Notes under the pieces: model-generated | Database searches by the model: none | What the model saw: the letters and a program-made list of their open reading frames with translations, nothing else | What the model was told of the DNA's origin: nothing | Source: a virus | Taxonomy: Duplodnaviria; Caudoviricetes | DNA length: 32,337 bases | Strand: one strand, 5' to 3' | IMG/VR virus record: IMGVR_UViG_3300016263_000206 | Location: 1 to 32,337 of that record | Made by a program: the position numbers and the translations under genes | Shown: in pieces, positions 7,570 to 16,380 of the stretch | Position numbering within the stretch: the first letter of the stretch is position 1 | Layout of the letters: every line of letters begins with the position of its first letter

Positions 7570-8694
7570 TCATCCCTCCGCCGCCAGCGGCATGATGACG
7601 CCGTGGTAGTCGCCGCACCGAAGCACCACGGCCGACTGAGCGTCCACGGCTTCAATCTCAACGGGCTCTCCGTCATCGCAAGCCCGCAGGAAGTCGCAGA
7701 CAAAGGCCGGATCCAGAGACACGGTAGCCGCCTGGCCGAACTCAAGGTGCGGGCACGTCACGCTCGACTCGCCGGCTTCGCTGCTGCGAGCCGTCAGGTG
7801 GATGCCGTCCGCCGTAATGGCAAACAGCACACCCTTACTCTGCTCGCTCGTGACGATGGCCGCCTGCCTGGTTGCGGCCAGCAGCTCGTTTCGGCTCACT
7901 GCGGTGGCCTTGGCGTCACGCTCTGGAAAAACGTCACGCCACTTCGGAAACCGTCCGTCAAGCACTCGGCCAGCTACAACCGTCCCGTCGATCGTGGCGA
8001 TCAGCTCGTTGCCAGCCGACTCGAGCTGCACGGCACCGTCGCTGTGGCCTGCAATGCCAGCAACCACGTTAATCGCACGGCTCGGCCACAGCGTCGCGGT
8101 GTCGTCAACGGCCTGGTCAATCTCAACATCGACGCGAGAAAGCCGGCGGCCGTCAGTCGCAACGAACGTGGCCGTCCCGTCTTTCACTTCAACCAGAACG
8201 CCACCCAGAGCGTAGCGGCTGGACTCGTTGTCGCAGGCGTAGGCCACGGCCTTCACGGCGCGGGCAAACTGGTCCGCCGGGATTCTGGCCACCGGCTTTC
8301 GGCTTCCCTCATCCACAGCATAGGCAGGGAACTCAGAAACCGGCTCCGTCGGAAGAGTCCATCGCCCTGATCCGATGGCCAAGGTGCACGACGTGTCGCC
8401 AATCTGCAGAGCCAGCTCTTCTGCGGAGCCAGCCGCCGACATGATGGCCGTGAGCCGCTGGTGCGGCAAAAGCACTGGCTTCTCGTGGTAGTCGATCTCG
8501 CACGAGATCCGCAGCTCGAGATCAGTCGCCTCAACCACGCCGCTGCCAATGTAGACGTTTTGCAGCACGGGCTTTGCCATGCCGCCAACCGCCGATCTAA
8601 CTGCAACCAGTGCCCTTTTAAGGGCGTCGGTTGCCAACGTGATACCACCCCGTGCCTTGCCCTTCGCGGGCCGCTCCTTCGTTGCTGTCGCCAT
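7570..8694 (-). CDS. dnaN: DNA polymerase III beta sliding clamp homolog
   Basis: KPVLQNV, ATDLE, SRYALGGV, VATDGRRL, RVLDGRFPKWRDVFP, GVIMPL; 374 aa. Confidence 0.93.
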   Translation of the reverse strand: MATATKERPAKGKARGGITLATDALKRALVAVRSAVGGMAKPVLQNVYIGSGVVEATDLELRISCEIDYHEKPVLLPHQRLTAIMSAAGSAEELALQIGDTSCTLAIGSGRWTLPTEPVSEFPAYAVDEGSRKPVARIPADQFARAVKAVAYACDNESSRYALGGVLVEVKDGTATFVATDGRRLSRVDVEIDQAVDDTATLWPSRAINVVAGIAGHSDGAVQLESAGNELIATIDGTVVAGRVLDGRFPKWRDVFPERDAKATAVSRNELLAATRQAAIVTSEQSKGVLFAITADGIHLTARSSEAGESSVTCPHLEFGQAATVSLDPAFVCDFLRACDDGEPVEIEAVDAQSAVVLRCGDYHGVIMPLAAEG

Positions 8695-8803
8695 CCTTTG
8701 GCTCCTTTCGCTTCATGGAACAACCAACCAGAATCCCGAGAGCAAACGTGCCCGCGAGAAGTAGTTCACCGACAGAAATCCACACGAGATGTTGTAGGCT
8801 CAT
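8618..8803 (-). CDS. Small membrane protein (61 aa)
   Basis: ATG 8803 overlaps the upstream stop; TM segment LVWISVGELLLAGTFALGILVG; 3' end overlaps dnaN. Confidence 0.6.
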   Translation of the reverse strand: MSLQHLVWISVGELLLAGTFALGILVGCSMKRKEPKDGDSNEGAAREGQGTGWYHVGNRRP

Positions 8804-9087
8804 AGTGCGACCCCTGGGTCTTCGTCTTCGTCCTCGAGCAGCGGCCACGTCTTCGGTGACGAAGCTGCCTCAAACTGCTCGAAATAGCACGCCTGCCGCA
8901 CAAGCCGGTCACGCAGCTGCTGGCACTCGGCGTCGGCCTTGAGGAGAGAATCGCACGCCTCCAGCAGCACCGTGGCCTGCATCGTGAGCCGAGCCCGGCT
9001 GACACGGCCAGTGTCTTTCGCTTGGGCAACCGTTGTGGTTGCTTCAGCCAGGCCCCGGAGATAGTCAACGATCTCGTGCGTTGTCAT
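8800..9087 (-). CDS. Hypothetical protein
   Basis: 95 aa, coupled stop/start, GAGG RBS. Confidence 0.78.
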   Translation of the reverse strand: MTTHEIVDYLRGLAEATTTVAQAKDTGRVSRARLTMQATVLLEACDSLLKADAECQQLRDRLVRQACYFEQFEAASSPKTWPLLEDEDEDPGVAL

Positions 9088-9308
9088 GCGATCACCTCGA
9101 TGTTGCGGCTGCGGCCCGGCAGGCGGCGAATGCGTCCCTTTTTCTCCAAGGCGTCAAGGTGCGCCGTCACGGCATGCGGGCTGCGAAAGCCGAACGCCGC
9201 AGCAATCTCGCGGCTTGTCGGCGACGCCGCCTGCGTGTGCTCACGGACGTAGTCCAGAATCGCCTGCTGGCGAGCGGTAAGCGGCTGAGTGTCGGTTTCG
9301 GTGGTCAT
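9084..9308 (-). CDS. LexA-type DNA-binding domain protein (no peptidase domain)
   Basis: LTARQQAILDYV...SPTSREIAAAFGFRSPHAVTAHLDALEKKGRIRRLPGRSRNIEV; only 74 aa. Confidence 0.9.
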   Translation of the reverse strand: MTTETDTQPLTARQQAILDYVREHTQAASPTSREIAAAFGFRSPHAVTAHLDALEKKGRIRRLPGRSRNIEVIA

Positions 9309-10171
9309 GCGATCTCCTCCTTGAGTTTCAGTGACTGTGCAAGCGCAACGACTTCGGCCGGCCTGCGGTACGGTGCCGGCTTCATGCCGGCGAACTCAGC
9401 CGCCTTACGATCAAGTGCCGCCTTGCGGTCCACGTCCTCGGGCCGCTTTCCCGGCTCGCGGTTCGTGCCGCCCTTGTCCTGGCACCGCTGCAGCCAGCCC
9501 ACGATGAATCGCCGCCAGTTGCGACGCCCGGCCCGCTGCGGGTTCGCCTTGAGCCACGCCGTGGCCTTGGCAAGCTCCTGAGCCAGCACGGCACCGGGGA
9601 ACGCCTGAGCCCACTCCTGGCGGTCTTCGTCAGTGATGCCGCCCCACCCGGCGTCAGCCGTCCACGAGACACCGGCAGGCTTCGCCCGAGAGCGTGACGG
9701 CTTTGCCGGCTCGCTCGTGGGAACCGGCGCAGCCGGTATGTCTTCTTCTTCTCTCCTCTCCTGTACTGTCCTCTCCTGTAGTGACGCAGCAGCGTCACAC
9801 CCCTGTGACGGTCCACCGTCACGCGAGCGCCACCGGTACGAATCCTGCCGCTTGGCGTGCATCGCCCTGGCCTTGGCGGCCTGCGAAAAACGCCTTTCCC
9901 AGCCGACGATTTCAACGGTGCCGTTCAAAAACGTCACCCAGCCGACTTGCTCAACAGCAAGCCAGAACTGCTCGTCGCCGCCGGCCAAAGCCGCCAGACG
10001 CCGAGGTGTCGCCCGCAACACGCCGTCCGCCGTGTTCATGGCAGCCCACGACCACAACTGGATGAGACGGTAAACGACGGCCTCAACAGGCACGCCGGTC
10101 ACGTCCACCAGCTCGAGCACCTCGGGCTTGGTTCCGAGGTTGCAGTCAATGGGTATCCACTCACCGGCCAT
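9305..10171 (-). CDS. Phage replication initiator (O-like)
   Basis: MAGEWIPIDCNLGTKPEV...LIQLWSWA N-terminus; internal iterons; C-terminal ELAKATAWL...NWRRFIVGWL. Confidence 0.75.
   Translation of the reverse strand: MAGEWIPIDCNLGTKPEVLELVDVTGVPVEAVVYRLIQLWSWAAMNTADGVLRATPRRLAALAGGDEQFWLAVEQVGWVTFLNGTVEIVGWERRFSQAAKARAMHAKRQDSYRWRSRDGGPSQGCDAAASLQERTVQERREEEDIPAAPVPTSEPAKPSRSRAKPAGVSWTADAGWGGITDEDRQEWAQAFPGAVLAQELAKATAWLKANPQRAGRRNWRRFIVGWLQRCQDKGGTNREPGKRPEDVDRKAALDRKAAEFAGMKPAPYRRPAEVVALAQSLKLKEEIA
9754..9822. repeat. Putative replication origin iterons
   Basis: TCCTCTCCTGTA twice (9754, 9769), then GTGACG-N6-CGTCAC palindromes twice (9781-9798, 9805-9822), inside the initiator gene. Confidence 0.65.
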
Positions 10172-10173
10172 GG

Positions 10174-10620
10174 TTAGGCACTCAGCCTTTCGTGATGCTT
10201 ATCAAGCCAGCCGATTACTTGATGTGGGCGAGGTACCCACTCAGTAACAAGCACCCGCCACTGGTCGGCGTCGAGCATCAGAGACTTTGCGCCGCAAGCC
10301 CACCGGACCGCTGCGGCTTCAATGTCCTGATAAGTATCAACCTGTTCGCCGCTGGGCACAGAGTGACGGGCAACACATACAACGTGGTTGCCTGGGATCT
10401 TTGTGAGCGACTCATACATGATCCGCTGACCGGTTTTCAGGCTCGCAAAGTCGCAGCCGTTCTTGGTCAACTCAGCCCACAAAAAGCAGCCGTAAGACTC
10501 GACCACAAAGTCGATGTCGCTTGGTGTCACGCCACGCGCCAGCCGCCACCCTGAGTGGTCCAGCATTTTCCCCTGGGCATACGCCTCTCGGCAGATGATC
10601 GCGCCGCCAGACTGACTCAT
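10174..10620 (-). CDS. Hypothetical protein, possible PD-(D/E)XK fold (148 aa)
   Basis: TPSDIDFVVE...FLWAELTK; ATG 10620 overlaps the upstream stop. Confidence 0.6.
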   Translation of the reverse strand: MSQSGGAIICREAYAQGKMLDHSGWRLARGVTPSDIDFVVESYGCFLWAELTKNGCDFASLKTGQRIMYESLTKIPGNHVVCVARHSVPSGEQVDTYQDIEAAAVRWACGAKSLMLDADQWRVLVTEWVPRPHQVIGWLDKHHERLSA

Positions 10621-11735
10621 TTTGCCACCTCCATGCAAAATCCGAACGACGAGAACGCGCGGCAGAAGTCGCCGGTCTCCTGTCCCAGAAACAGCACCGC
10701 CTGCCCCTGTAGCGGGACGGCCACCTTCCGTGGGTGCCAGAACTTCACGCGGCCTTTAGGGAAGCAGATCGCGGCGGCCTCGGAGGCCAGCAACTGGAAC
10801 CACTTGGTCTCGGTCGCGTTGTTCACAAGCACGACGGCCCGACTCACCGAACCGCATGCGTACTCGTCGCACAGCTTTTCAACGAACTGCCCAATCAGCC
10901 CGGACTCGTATGGCGGATTCATCCAGACGTTGCCCTCCCACTCTTTGGAAAGCCCGTTATCCTCGGCGGTGTAATACGTCTCGGCCTGCACAATCTCGTT
11001 GGCAGCCGGGTTTGACGCAGGGTCCAAGTGAATCTCGCGCAGCACCTGGCGGGCTGCGTCGATGTATTCCTTGGGCGTGTACCACTCGTTGTCGCCGCTG
11101 TTGTTGGCGACGTGCGGCCGAGCCTTTACAGCCTCCACAGCCTCGGCCACTTGCTGCTGCGTGGGCTGTTCCGGCAGCGACTTTGCTGCCGCCACGATCT
11201 CGTGCTTCGGCGCGTCAATCTCGCCGGCCACGATCTCTCGCTCAATGCCCAGCGCCTCGACGGCGTCGGCAAACTCGCCGTCGCGTCGAATCGTCTTCTC
11301 GTTGACGCCGTGCTCGGCAGCGAGAGCAGCGGCGTTGTCGATCAAACGGACATTTTGTCCGGTTGATTTCTTATCTCCGCCCTGAGTGCCTTTCGTCCGG
11401 TTGTATCGCCGCCCTCGCAGCAGGCTCATCTGCCGAGCGTCAAGGTTCCGCCGGCCCAGCTGGTTCTTGTCGATCCAATCCGCGGCCTCGTCCCTGCTCT
11501 TGAACCGAAGTTCGTGAACATCGAACGGCAGTTCAAGCCGCGTGCAAATCTCGTAGCGGTTGTGCCCGTCAAGCAGCGTCAGCGTTCCCTTGCTGGCCCA
11601 CACCACCAGCGGGTCGCGTGCACCACCGTGCTCGACAATGTTCTCTTCAAGTTGCTGACGCTCTTCGGCGGACAGTGGCGGAATGAGCGAGGCAAACTCG
11701 GCGTCAATCTTGATGTCTTCAAAAACCTGCGGCAT
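10617..11735 (-). CDS. ParB-like domain fused to phage N6-adenine DNA methyltransferase
   Basis: N-terminal LIPPLS.EE..QLE.NI...LLDGHNRYEIC...NQLGRRNL; C-terminal NEWYTP, LDPAS, VWMNPPY, TETKWFQ, GRVKF. Confidence 0.88.
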   Translation of the reverse strand: MPQVFEDIKIDAEFASLIPPLSAEERQQLEENIVEHGGARDPLVVWASKGTLTLLDGHNRYEICTRLELPFDVHELRFKSRDEAADWIDKNQLGRRNLDARQMSLLRGRRYNRTKGTQGGDKKSTGQNVRLIDNAAALAAEHGVNEKTIRRDGEFADAVEALGIEREIVAGEIDAPKHEIVAAAKSLPEQPTQQQVAEAVEAVKARPHVANNSGDNEWYTPKEYIDAARQVLREIHLDPASNPAANEIVQAETYYTAEDNGLSKEWEGNVWMNPPYESGLIGQFVEKLCDEYACGSVSRAVVLVNNATETKWFQLLASEAAAICFPKGRVKFWHPRKVAVPLQGQAVLFLGQETGDFCRAFSSFGFCMEVAK

Positions 11736-11771
11736 CTCTGCCTCCCTGCGTTGCGTGTTTCACCCGTGGCC

Positions 11772-11791
11772 ACCGTGCCACATGCGTCAAG
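11772..11791 (-). promoter_or_regulatory. Phage promoter motif copy 2 (CTTGAC-GCAT-GTGG-CACGGT)
   Basis: Upstream of the ParB-MTase gene, which has a GGAGG RBS. Confidence 0.5.
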
Positions 11792-11975
11792 TTGGTTCTG
11801 GCCGCTGTGCGTACCAGTCACGCTTGAACAGATCGAAACCACCTTGCCCGCCAGCCTTTCGCCAGTTGCAGTACGCGATCACGCACTGCGTGAAGACAGG
11901 GTCTTCTTTGACAGCGTCCGATTGCTTTCGTTCGGCAATCTCTGTGCGTCGCTGCTCGTCTCGCCAGTTGCTCAC
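11787..11975 (-). CDS. Hypothetical protein (62 aa)
   Basis: GTG 11975 overlaps the upstream TGA; GGAGG RBS. Confidence 0.7.
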   Translation of the reverse strand: MSNWRDEQRRTEIAERKQSDAVKEDPVFTQCVIAYCNWRKAGGQGGFDLFKRDWYAQRPEPT

Positions 11976-12304
11976 GCCACCCTCCACACCGTCGCCATCC
12001 GTCCGCTGGCCGTCTTCCTCGTGCCGTCCTCCACGATCAGCCCGCGCCTCGCCAGTTCAATCCGCCGTGGCCGCACGGTGCTCGGGTTCATCTCGAGCTC
12101 GGTGGCGATCTCCTCGTCGGTGCTCGGCCGCCAGGCGATGAACTCAAGCACCTTCCGCTGCAGGGCATTAAGCGTCTTGCCGTCGAGCGAGTCCGCCGCA
12201 GCGGCAGACGTAATCGAGCCGTGGACGCTCGGGGCACGAGCCGCGAACAGCGGCAGATCGGCCATCCTGCGGGCCACTTCGATGGCTGGGTTGAAGTCGG
12301 TCAT
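11972..12304 (-). CDS. Winged-helix DNA-binding protein
   Basis: LQRKVLEFI...STDEEIATELEMNPSTVRPRRIELARRGLI...RKTASGR. Confidence 0.82.
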   Translation of the reverse strand: MTDFNPAIEVARRMADLPLFAARAPSVHGSITSAAAADSLDGKTLNALQRKVLEFIAWRPSTDEEIATELEMNPSTVRPRRIELARRGLIVEDGTRKTASGRMATVWRVA

Positions 12305-13203
12305 GCGACAGCCTCCTCAGCGTCGAACAGCGTGCGACTGTTGGCAGCGTGCGTCCGCTCGGCCTTGGCCAGGTTCTTCAACGCCTGGGCGTGGTACTCG
12401 GGCTTGAGCTCGCAACCGTAGAAACGGCGGCCACGCTGGAGTGCCACATACCCCTCGCTGCCGATTCCCGTGAACGGCGAGAAGACGATCTCGCCGGGAT
12501 TGCTGTAGAGCCTGATGAGGCGGTCAATCACGGGCAGCTGCAGCGGGCAGATGTGCTTCGTGTCTTCTTCGCTCTTCGCAGCAGACGTGTTGAGAGTGTC
12601 AGTCTCTCGCAGATCGTTCCACGTCCACGCACCCTCGGCCCAATCGATCCACTCCTCTCGCGTGATCTCGTTCGCGGCATCAATCGGCACGGCGTTGTCA
12701 CCGGCCTGGATGAACTTGATGAGGTAGTCGCCCATGGCCCCGCACGAGATGCTGCGGTCACGCTCCAGCGTCACGAAGAGCAGCTTGTGCGAGTGCGTGC
12801 GGATCGCCTGCGCCTGCGGATTCTTGGTATAGAGCCAGTCGTACTGGTAGGTGAGCCCGGCACGCTCTCCGAGCCGAATGTTCAGCCCGCGAAAGTCAAA
12901 GGTGCCCTTCTCACCGTTGCGGGCCAGGCCGGGGATCTGCATGACGTGCACCACGGCTATGCGGCCTGGCTTCAGCACGCGAGCCAGAGCCCGGTAGAAG
13001 TACCGCAAGTGCACCTTGGCCTCGCCACGCAAATCGTTTGAGTTGCCGATGTCCTCGGGCTTCGACGTGTAGGCGAAGAGCGACGGGAACGGCGGCGAAA
13101 ACACGGCGAAGTCCACCGACGCCGGCGGCATCTCTTCGAGCATGTGAGGGATGCAGTCACCGTGGTGCACGGCGTACTTCTGGTCAGCGTTGAGAAGATT
13201 CAC
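12301..13203 (-). CDS. DNA amino-methyltransferase, beta class (N4C/N6A)
   Basis: HGDC, FSPPF (motif IV), RVLKPG, HICPLQL, VFSPFTGIGSEG (motif I), GCELK; GTG start at 13203 with GGAGG. Confidence 0.9.
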   Translation of the reverse strand: MNLLNADQKYAVHHGDCIPHMLEEMPPASVDFAVFSPPFPSLFAYTSKPEDIGNSNDLRGEAKVHLRYFYRALARVLKPGRIAVVHVMQIPGLARNGEKGTFDFRGLNIRLGERAGLTYQYDWLYTKNPQAQAIRTHSHKLLFVTLERDRSISCGAMGDYLIKFIQAGDNAVPIDAANEITREEWIDWAEGAWTWNDLRETDTLNTSAAKSEEDTKHICPLQLPVIDRLIRLYSNPGEIVFSPFTGIGSEGYVALQRGRRFYGCELKPEYHAQALKNLAKAERTHAANSRTLFDAEEAVA

Positions 13204-14641
13204 GGAACATGGCCTCCTGCTCGCGGGTGTCTGCCTCAACGCGACGTGCCTTCCTCAGCACGTTCTCAACCATTGGGCGTTCAATCTCAGTCACGGGGAT
13301 GTGGACGTTGAGCGGACGCCACGAGCCGACGCGATTGCTCCTTTTCACGGCCTGGTAATACTCCTCGTAGGAGTCCTGCAGTCCGCTGAATACCTGTCGC
13401 GTGCAGATTTGCAGATTGAGTCCGAAGCCCAGAATCTTTGGCTTCGTGATCAGCACCTTGATGCTGCCGGCCTTGAACTCGTCAACGAGCCGCTGCCGTT
13501 CTCCCTGCGGCGTCTTGCCGTCAATGCTGGCCGCCTCTGGCATCATCCTCGCGAGCATGTCCTGCTCGTCGTTGTAGCGGCACCAGATGATGGTGCTTTC
13601 CGTTGGCCACTCTCGCACCATGTCAACGATGTATTGCGGCTTGATGCTGCTTTCGCACTTGGCCATCCGCGAAAGCTTGGCCCTGGTGGTGATGCCGCCA
13701 AGCTCAGTGACAAACAGCTGCCCGGTCGTGGTCCGCACTGCTTTCTGCTGCTCGTCCGAGAGCCGCACGTCATCAATGTGCACGTGGATAGGCGGGATGT
13801 TGTGGACGTTGTCGCTCCAGCCGTAGGTGCTCGGATCAGTCAGGAAAATGCACCAGTGCGAAAGAGCACGGTAAAACGGCCTCAGTGCGTGTGGCTTCAG
13901 TTCCCACCGCTCCATTGTCTGGCCGCGATTAATGAAGAACTTGGCCAGAAAACTGTTGACGTTTGGAAATGCGTCAAGAAAAACGGCGTGATTGGCGTAT
14001 TCAATCCTGTCGTTTGGTGCCGGTGTCCCAGTCAGTGCGAGCTTCCATTCAACGCCAGCACCAATACGCAGGCACACCTGGCCCCACTTGCCGTAATGGC
14101 TCTTGAGCATGGATGACTCGTCTAGGATCAGCCCGGCCAGATCGCCGTCTGGCGTGTCATCCCTCAGTGCGTCGTAGTTCGTGATGCCTAGGCGTCCGCC
14201 AGGCTTCTTCAGCCACTTCGCCAGATCCTTGGCGGCGACCTGCTCCATAGGCAGCGTGTCACCGTAGAACTTCGTGGCCTCGGCCATCGTCTGCTGCACA
14301 ACCATCAGCGGCGACACGATAAGCACGGGCTTGTCTGGCACCGTCTCGCGGACGTGGCGTGCGAACTCCAGCAGCATGAGCGTCTTGCCGAGCCCGCAAT
14401 CCGCGAAGATGGCGTACCGCTTCTTTTCGATGGCCAGTGCGACGATGTCACGCTGATAGTCAAACAGGCCAGGCTTGGGCTCATAACCAGCCTGCTTCGG
14501 CTTGGCGGCTGTCACGCCGATGTCGCTGGCGTACTCGTCTGGAAACCACGCCATCCGGCCGTGGATCTCGTATCGAGGCAGCGACTTGATCCGCAGAAAC
14601 TTGCGGTACGAGTCGATCGTGTCATCGAGATAAACCTGCAT
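13184..14641 (-). CDS. SF2 (SNF2-like) helicase (485 aa)
   Basis: LFDYQ, ADCGLGKT, ILDESS, LTGTP, GFGLNLQ, QAVKRSNRVG; start at ATG 14641 with AAAGGA RBS. Confidence 0.88.
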   Translation of the reverse strand: MQVYLDDTIDSYRKFLRIKSLPRYEIHGRMAWFPDEYASDIGVTAAKPKQAGYEPKPGLFDYQRDIVALAIEKKRYAIFADCGLGKTLMLLEFARHVRETVPDKPVLIVSPLMVVQQTMAEATKFYGDTLPMEQVAAKDLAKWLKKPGGRLGITNYDALRDDTPDGDLAGLILDESSMLKSHYGKWGQVCLRIGAGVEWKLALTGTPAPNDRIEYANHAVFLDAFPNVNSFLAKFFINRGQTMERWELKPHALRPFYRALSHWCIFLTDPSTYGWSDNVHNIPPIHVHIDDVRLSDEQQKAVRTTTGQLFVTELGGITTRAKLSRMAKCESSIKPQYIVDMVREWPTESTIIWCRYNDEQDMLARMMPEAASIDGKTPQGERQRLVDEFKAGSIKVLITKPKILGFGLNLQICTRQVFSGLQDSYEEYYQAVKRSNRVGSWRPLNVHIPVTEIERPMVENVLRKARRVEADTREQEAMFRESSQR

Positions 14642-14662
14642 CACGCATCCTTTCGTGTATTG

Positions 14663-14799
14663 GCCCCGTGACGTGGGGCATTCGGCCACGGCCTGGTGGA
14701 GTCCCGAGGTAGGCCATCCGTGGCTGCGGTGGTTTGAAACGACTCCCGCTGCGTTGCCAATGCGGCATCTGGAACACGCCGCGAGCCCATGGCGGGGCT
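14663..14799 (-). other. Multi-hairpin intergenic leader upstream of the helicase
   Basis: Consecutive stems GCCCC/GGGGC, GCCACGG/CCGTGGC, GCGG/CCGC, GCGGC/GCCGC, AGCCC/GGGCT. Confidence 0.4.
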
Positions 14800-15062
14800 T
14801 ATTCCCACTTACTCCTGTTGCTGTGAGGCGGGTCGCCAAATCGCTCTTTGGGCGGCTCGTATTTCGCAAGCCGGTTGCACACGTCGTTGAGCTGCACGCG
14901 CAGCTCGTGGATCGTCTTGAGTGCCCGGTCGTAGTTGCCGCCGAGCTCGTCCACGTAGGCAGCGGCTCGCGGCCGATTGCACCGCTCAAGGAACCCGGCG
15001 ATCTGGTCCGCTGTGATCGTCAGTGGCTCGTGGCTGCGGGCCAGGTTTGCGTCAAAGTTCAT
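14799..15062 (-). CDS. Hypothetical protein
   Basis: 87 aa, coupled to the recT stop, GAGG RBS. Confidence 0.78.
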   Translation of the reverse strand: MNFDANLARSHEPLTITADQIAGFLERCNRPRAAAYVDELGGNYDRALKTIHELRVQLNDVCNRLAKYEPPKERFGDPPHSNRSKWE

Positions 15063-15913
15063 GCCGTCACCTCGTGCTCGGCAGCCTCGTTGGCAAACTC
15101 CTGGCCGTTGTCGCTCGACTCAATGAGCATCTCGGCACGGTGGTGCATGAGCTTCACGAGCTCGTCGTGCTGAACAGCCGTGAAGACACCTTCTCCGAGC
15201 CGCTTGTCAACGAGCTTGCGAAGCGTGTCCAAAGCGTCGAGCGTTGCGGCCTTGCTCACCGCCAGGCGAGCCTTGCCAACCGGATCGTCGGCGGGCTTGG
15301 CGGGCTCGGGCTTGAGCTTGACCGCCGTAGGCTCATCGAACTTCGGCCGCACCACCACGGGCTCGGTCTGCGTCGGGTAGTCCTGCGCCTCTTCGGCCGT
15401 CACCAAGCCCTTGAGAACGTCAGGGAAGGCGTCACGCAGGGCGAAGCCACGGGCCCGCAGTTGCAGCATCCGCTTCGGGTACTGAGTCCACGGTCCGCTC
15501 TTGCCCCACAAGCCGGCACGCTTGGCATCTGCAACGCTGAACTTCACCGCAGCCGGTGCAGGGTAGCCACGCCGCTTGGCGATGCAGGTGGCAACCATCT
15601 GCTCACCTTCGCCGTCCACCGACTCGCTCACGAACTCGCACACGGGCGAGCTCTGCACGAGGGCAAGGGCAGCATCGCCCCAAATGCTCGGACGCCCGTT
15701 GATCACTGCGATGCACTGCAGAGACTGCATCGGGCCAAAGCCAAGCTCGGCACCGTGCTGGCCGGCCAGCAGGCAGGATTCTGGCTTGTTCTGAAAGTCT
15801 TTCGGGGCAAACGGCGTCTTCGCCACCATCTGCCAGAACCGCCAGGCGTCATCGAACGATTGCAGTGCCAGCCCCCTGGCCGGCGTCGTGCTTGTGCTGA
15901 TCTCCGTGCTCAT
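15059..15913 (-). CDS. recT: RecT/Red-beta-like ssDNA annealing protein
   Basis: GAELGFGPMQSLQCIAVINGRPSIWGD...AKRAGLWGK.GPWTQYPKRML..RARGFALRDAFPD. Confidence 0.82.
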   Translation of the reverse strand: MSTEISTSTTPARGLALQSFDDAWRFWQMVAKTPFAPKDFQNKPESCLLAGQHGAELGFGPMQSLQCIAVINGRPSIWGDAALALVQSSPVCEFVSESVDGEGEQMVATCIAKRRGYPAPAAVKFSVADAKRAGLWGKSGPWTQYPKRMLQLRARGFALRDAFPDVLKGLVTAEEAQDYPTQTEPVVVRPKFDEPTAVKLKPEPAKPADDPVGKARLAVSKAATLDALDTLRKLVDKRLGEGVFTAVQHDELVKLMHHRAEMLIESSDNGQEFANEAAEHEVTA

Positions 15914-15938
15914 CTCGCGTCCTTTCGTGGTGGTGGTG

Positions 15939-16379
15939 TCAGTTGTGGAAGCCGTTGCTGCTGATCGTGGCCAGCAGTTCTTGCTGTGCCAACTTGGGCT
16001 GCGTGGCGATGCTCTCGACGGCAGCGGTCAACCGCTCAAGCGTCGCCTGCATCAGGCTGATGCCGTTGTTGATCTCGCACAGGGCGATGACTGCGGCCTC
16101 AGTGCGGCTGTCAGCCCAAGCCGGGTCGCTCGTGCCTTTCTTGCTAGTGACCGGCTTCTCCGGCTCAAGCACTCGCCTTGCAGCTTCCGCATCCACCCAC
16201 ACAGGCCCGGTGCGGTCGTCCGTACTTCGCATCAACTTGACCGCTTCAATCAGCCCGTCGGTGTGGGCGTCGCTGAGTTTCTTCTGGTCTGTGATTGAGT
16301 CAGCCAGCACAGAAATTCGCTTGAACCCAGCGGGGACTTGCGACTCGTCCGTGATGACCTTGGTTCGATACTTCCTCAT
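15939..16379 (-). CDS. Hypothetical early protein (146 aa)
   Basis: ATG 16379 preceded by AAAGGA. Confidence 0.78.
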   Translation of the reverse strand: MRKYRTKVITDESQVPAGFKRISVLADSITDQKKLSDAHTDGLIEAVKLMRSTDDRTGPVWVDAEAARRVLEPEKPVTSKKGTSDPAWADSRTEAAVIALCEINNGISLMQATLERLTAAVESIATQPKLAQQELLATISSNGFHN

Positions 16380-16380
16380 G

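Noticed and set aside
14642-14989. N-terminal extension of the helicase (601-aa ORF call)
   Set aside because: Overlaps ORF 14799-15062 and a structured spacer; a good RBS sits before ATG 14641
11514-15964. Long + strand ORFs (297, 321 and 313 aa) and similar ones elsewhere
   Set aside because: Antisense shadows of well-supported minus-strand genes in GC-rich DNA; no motifs
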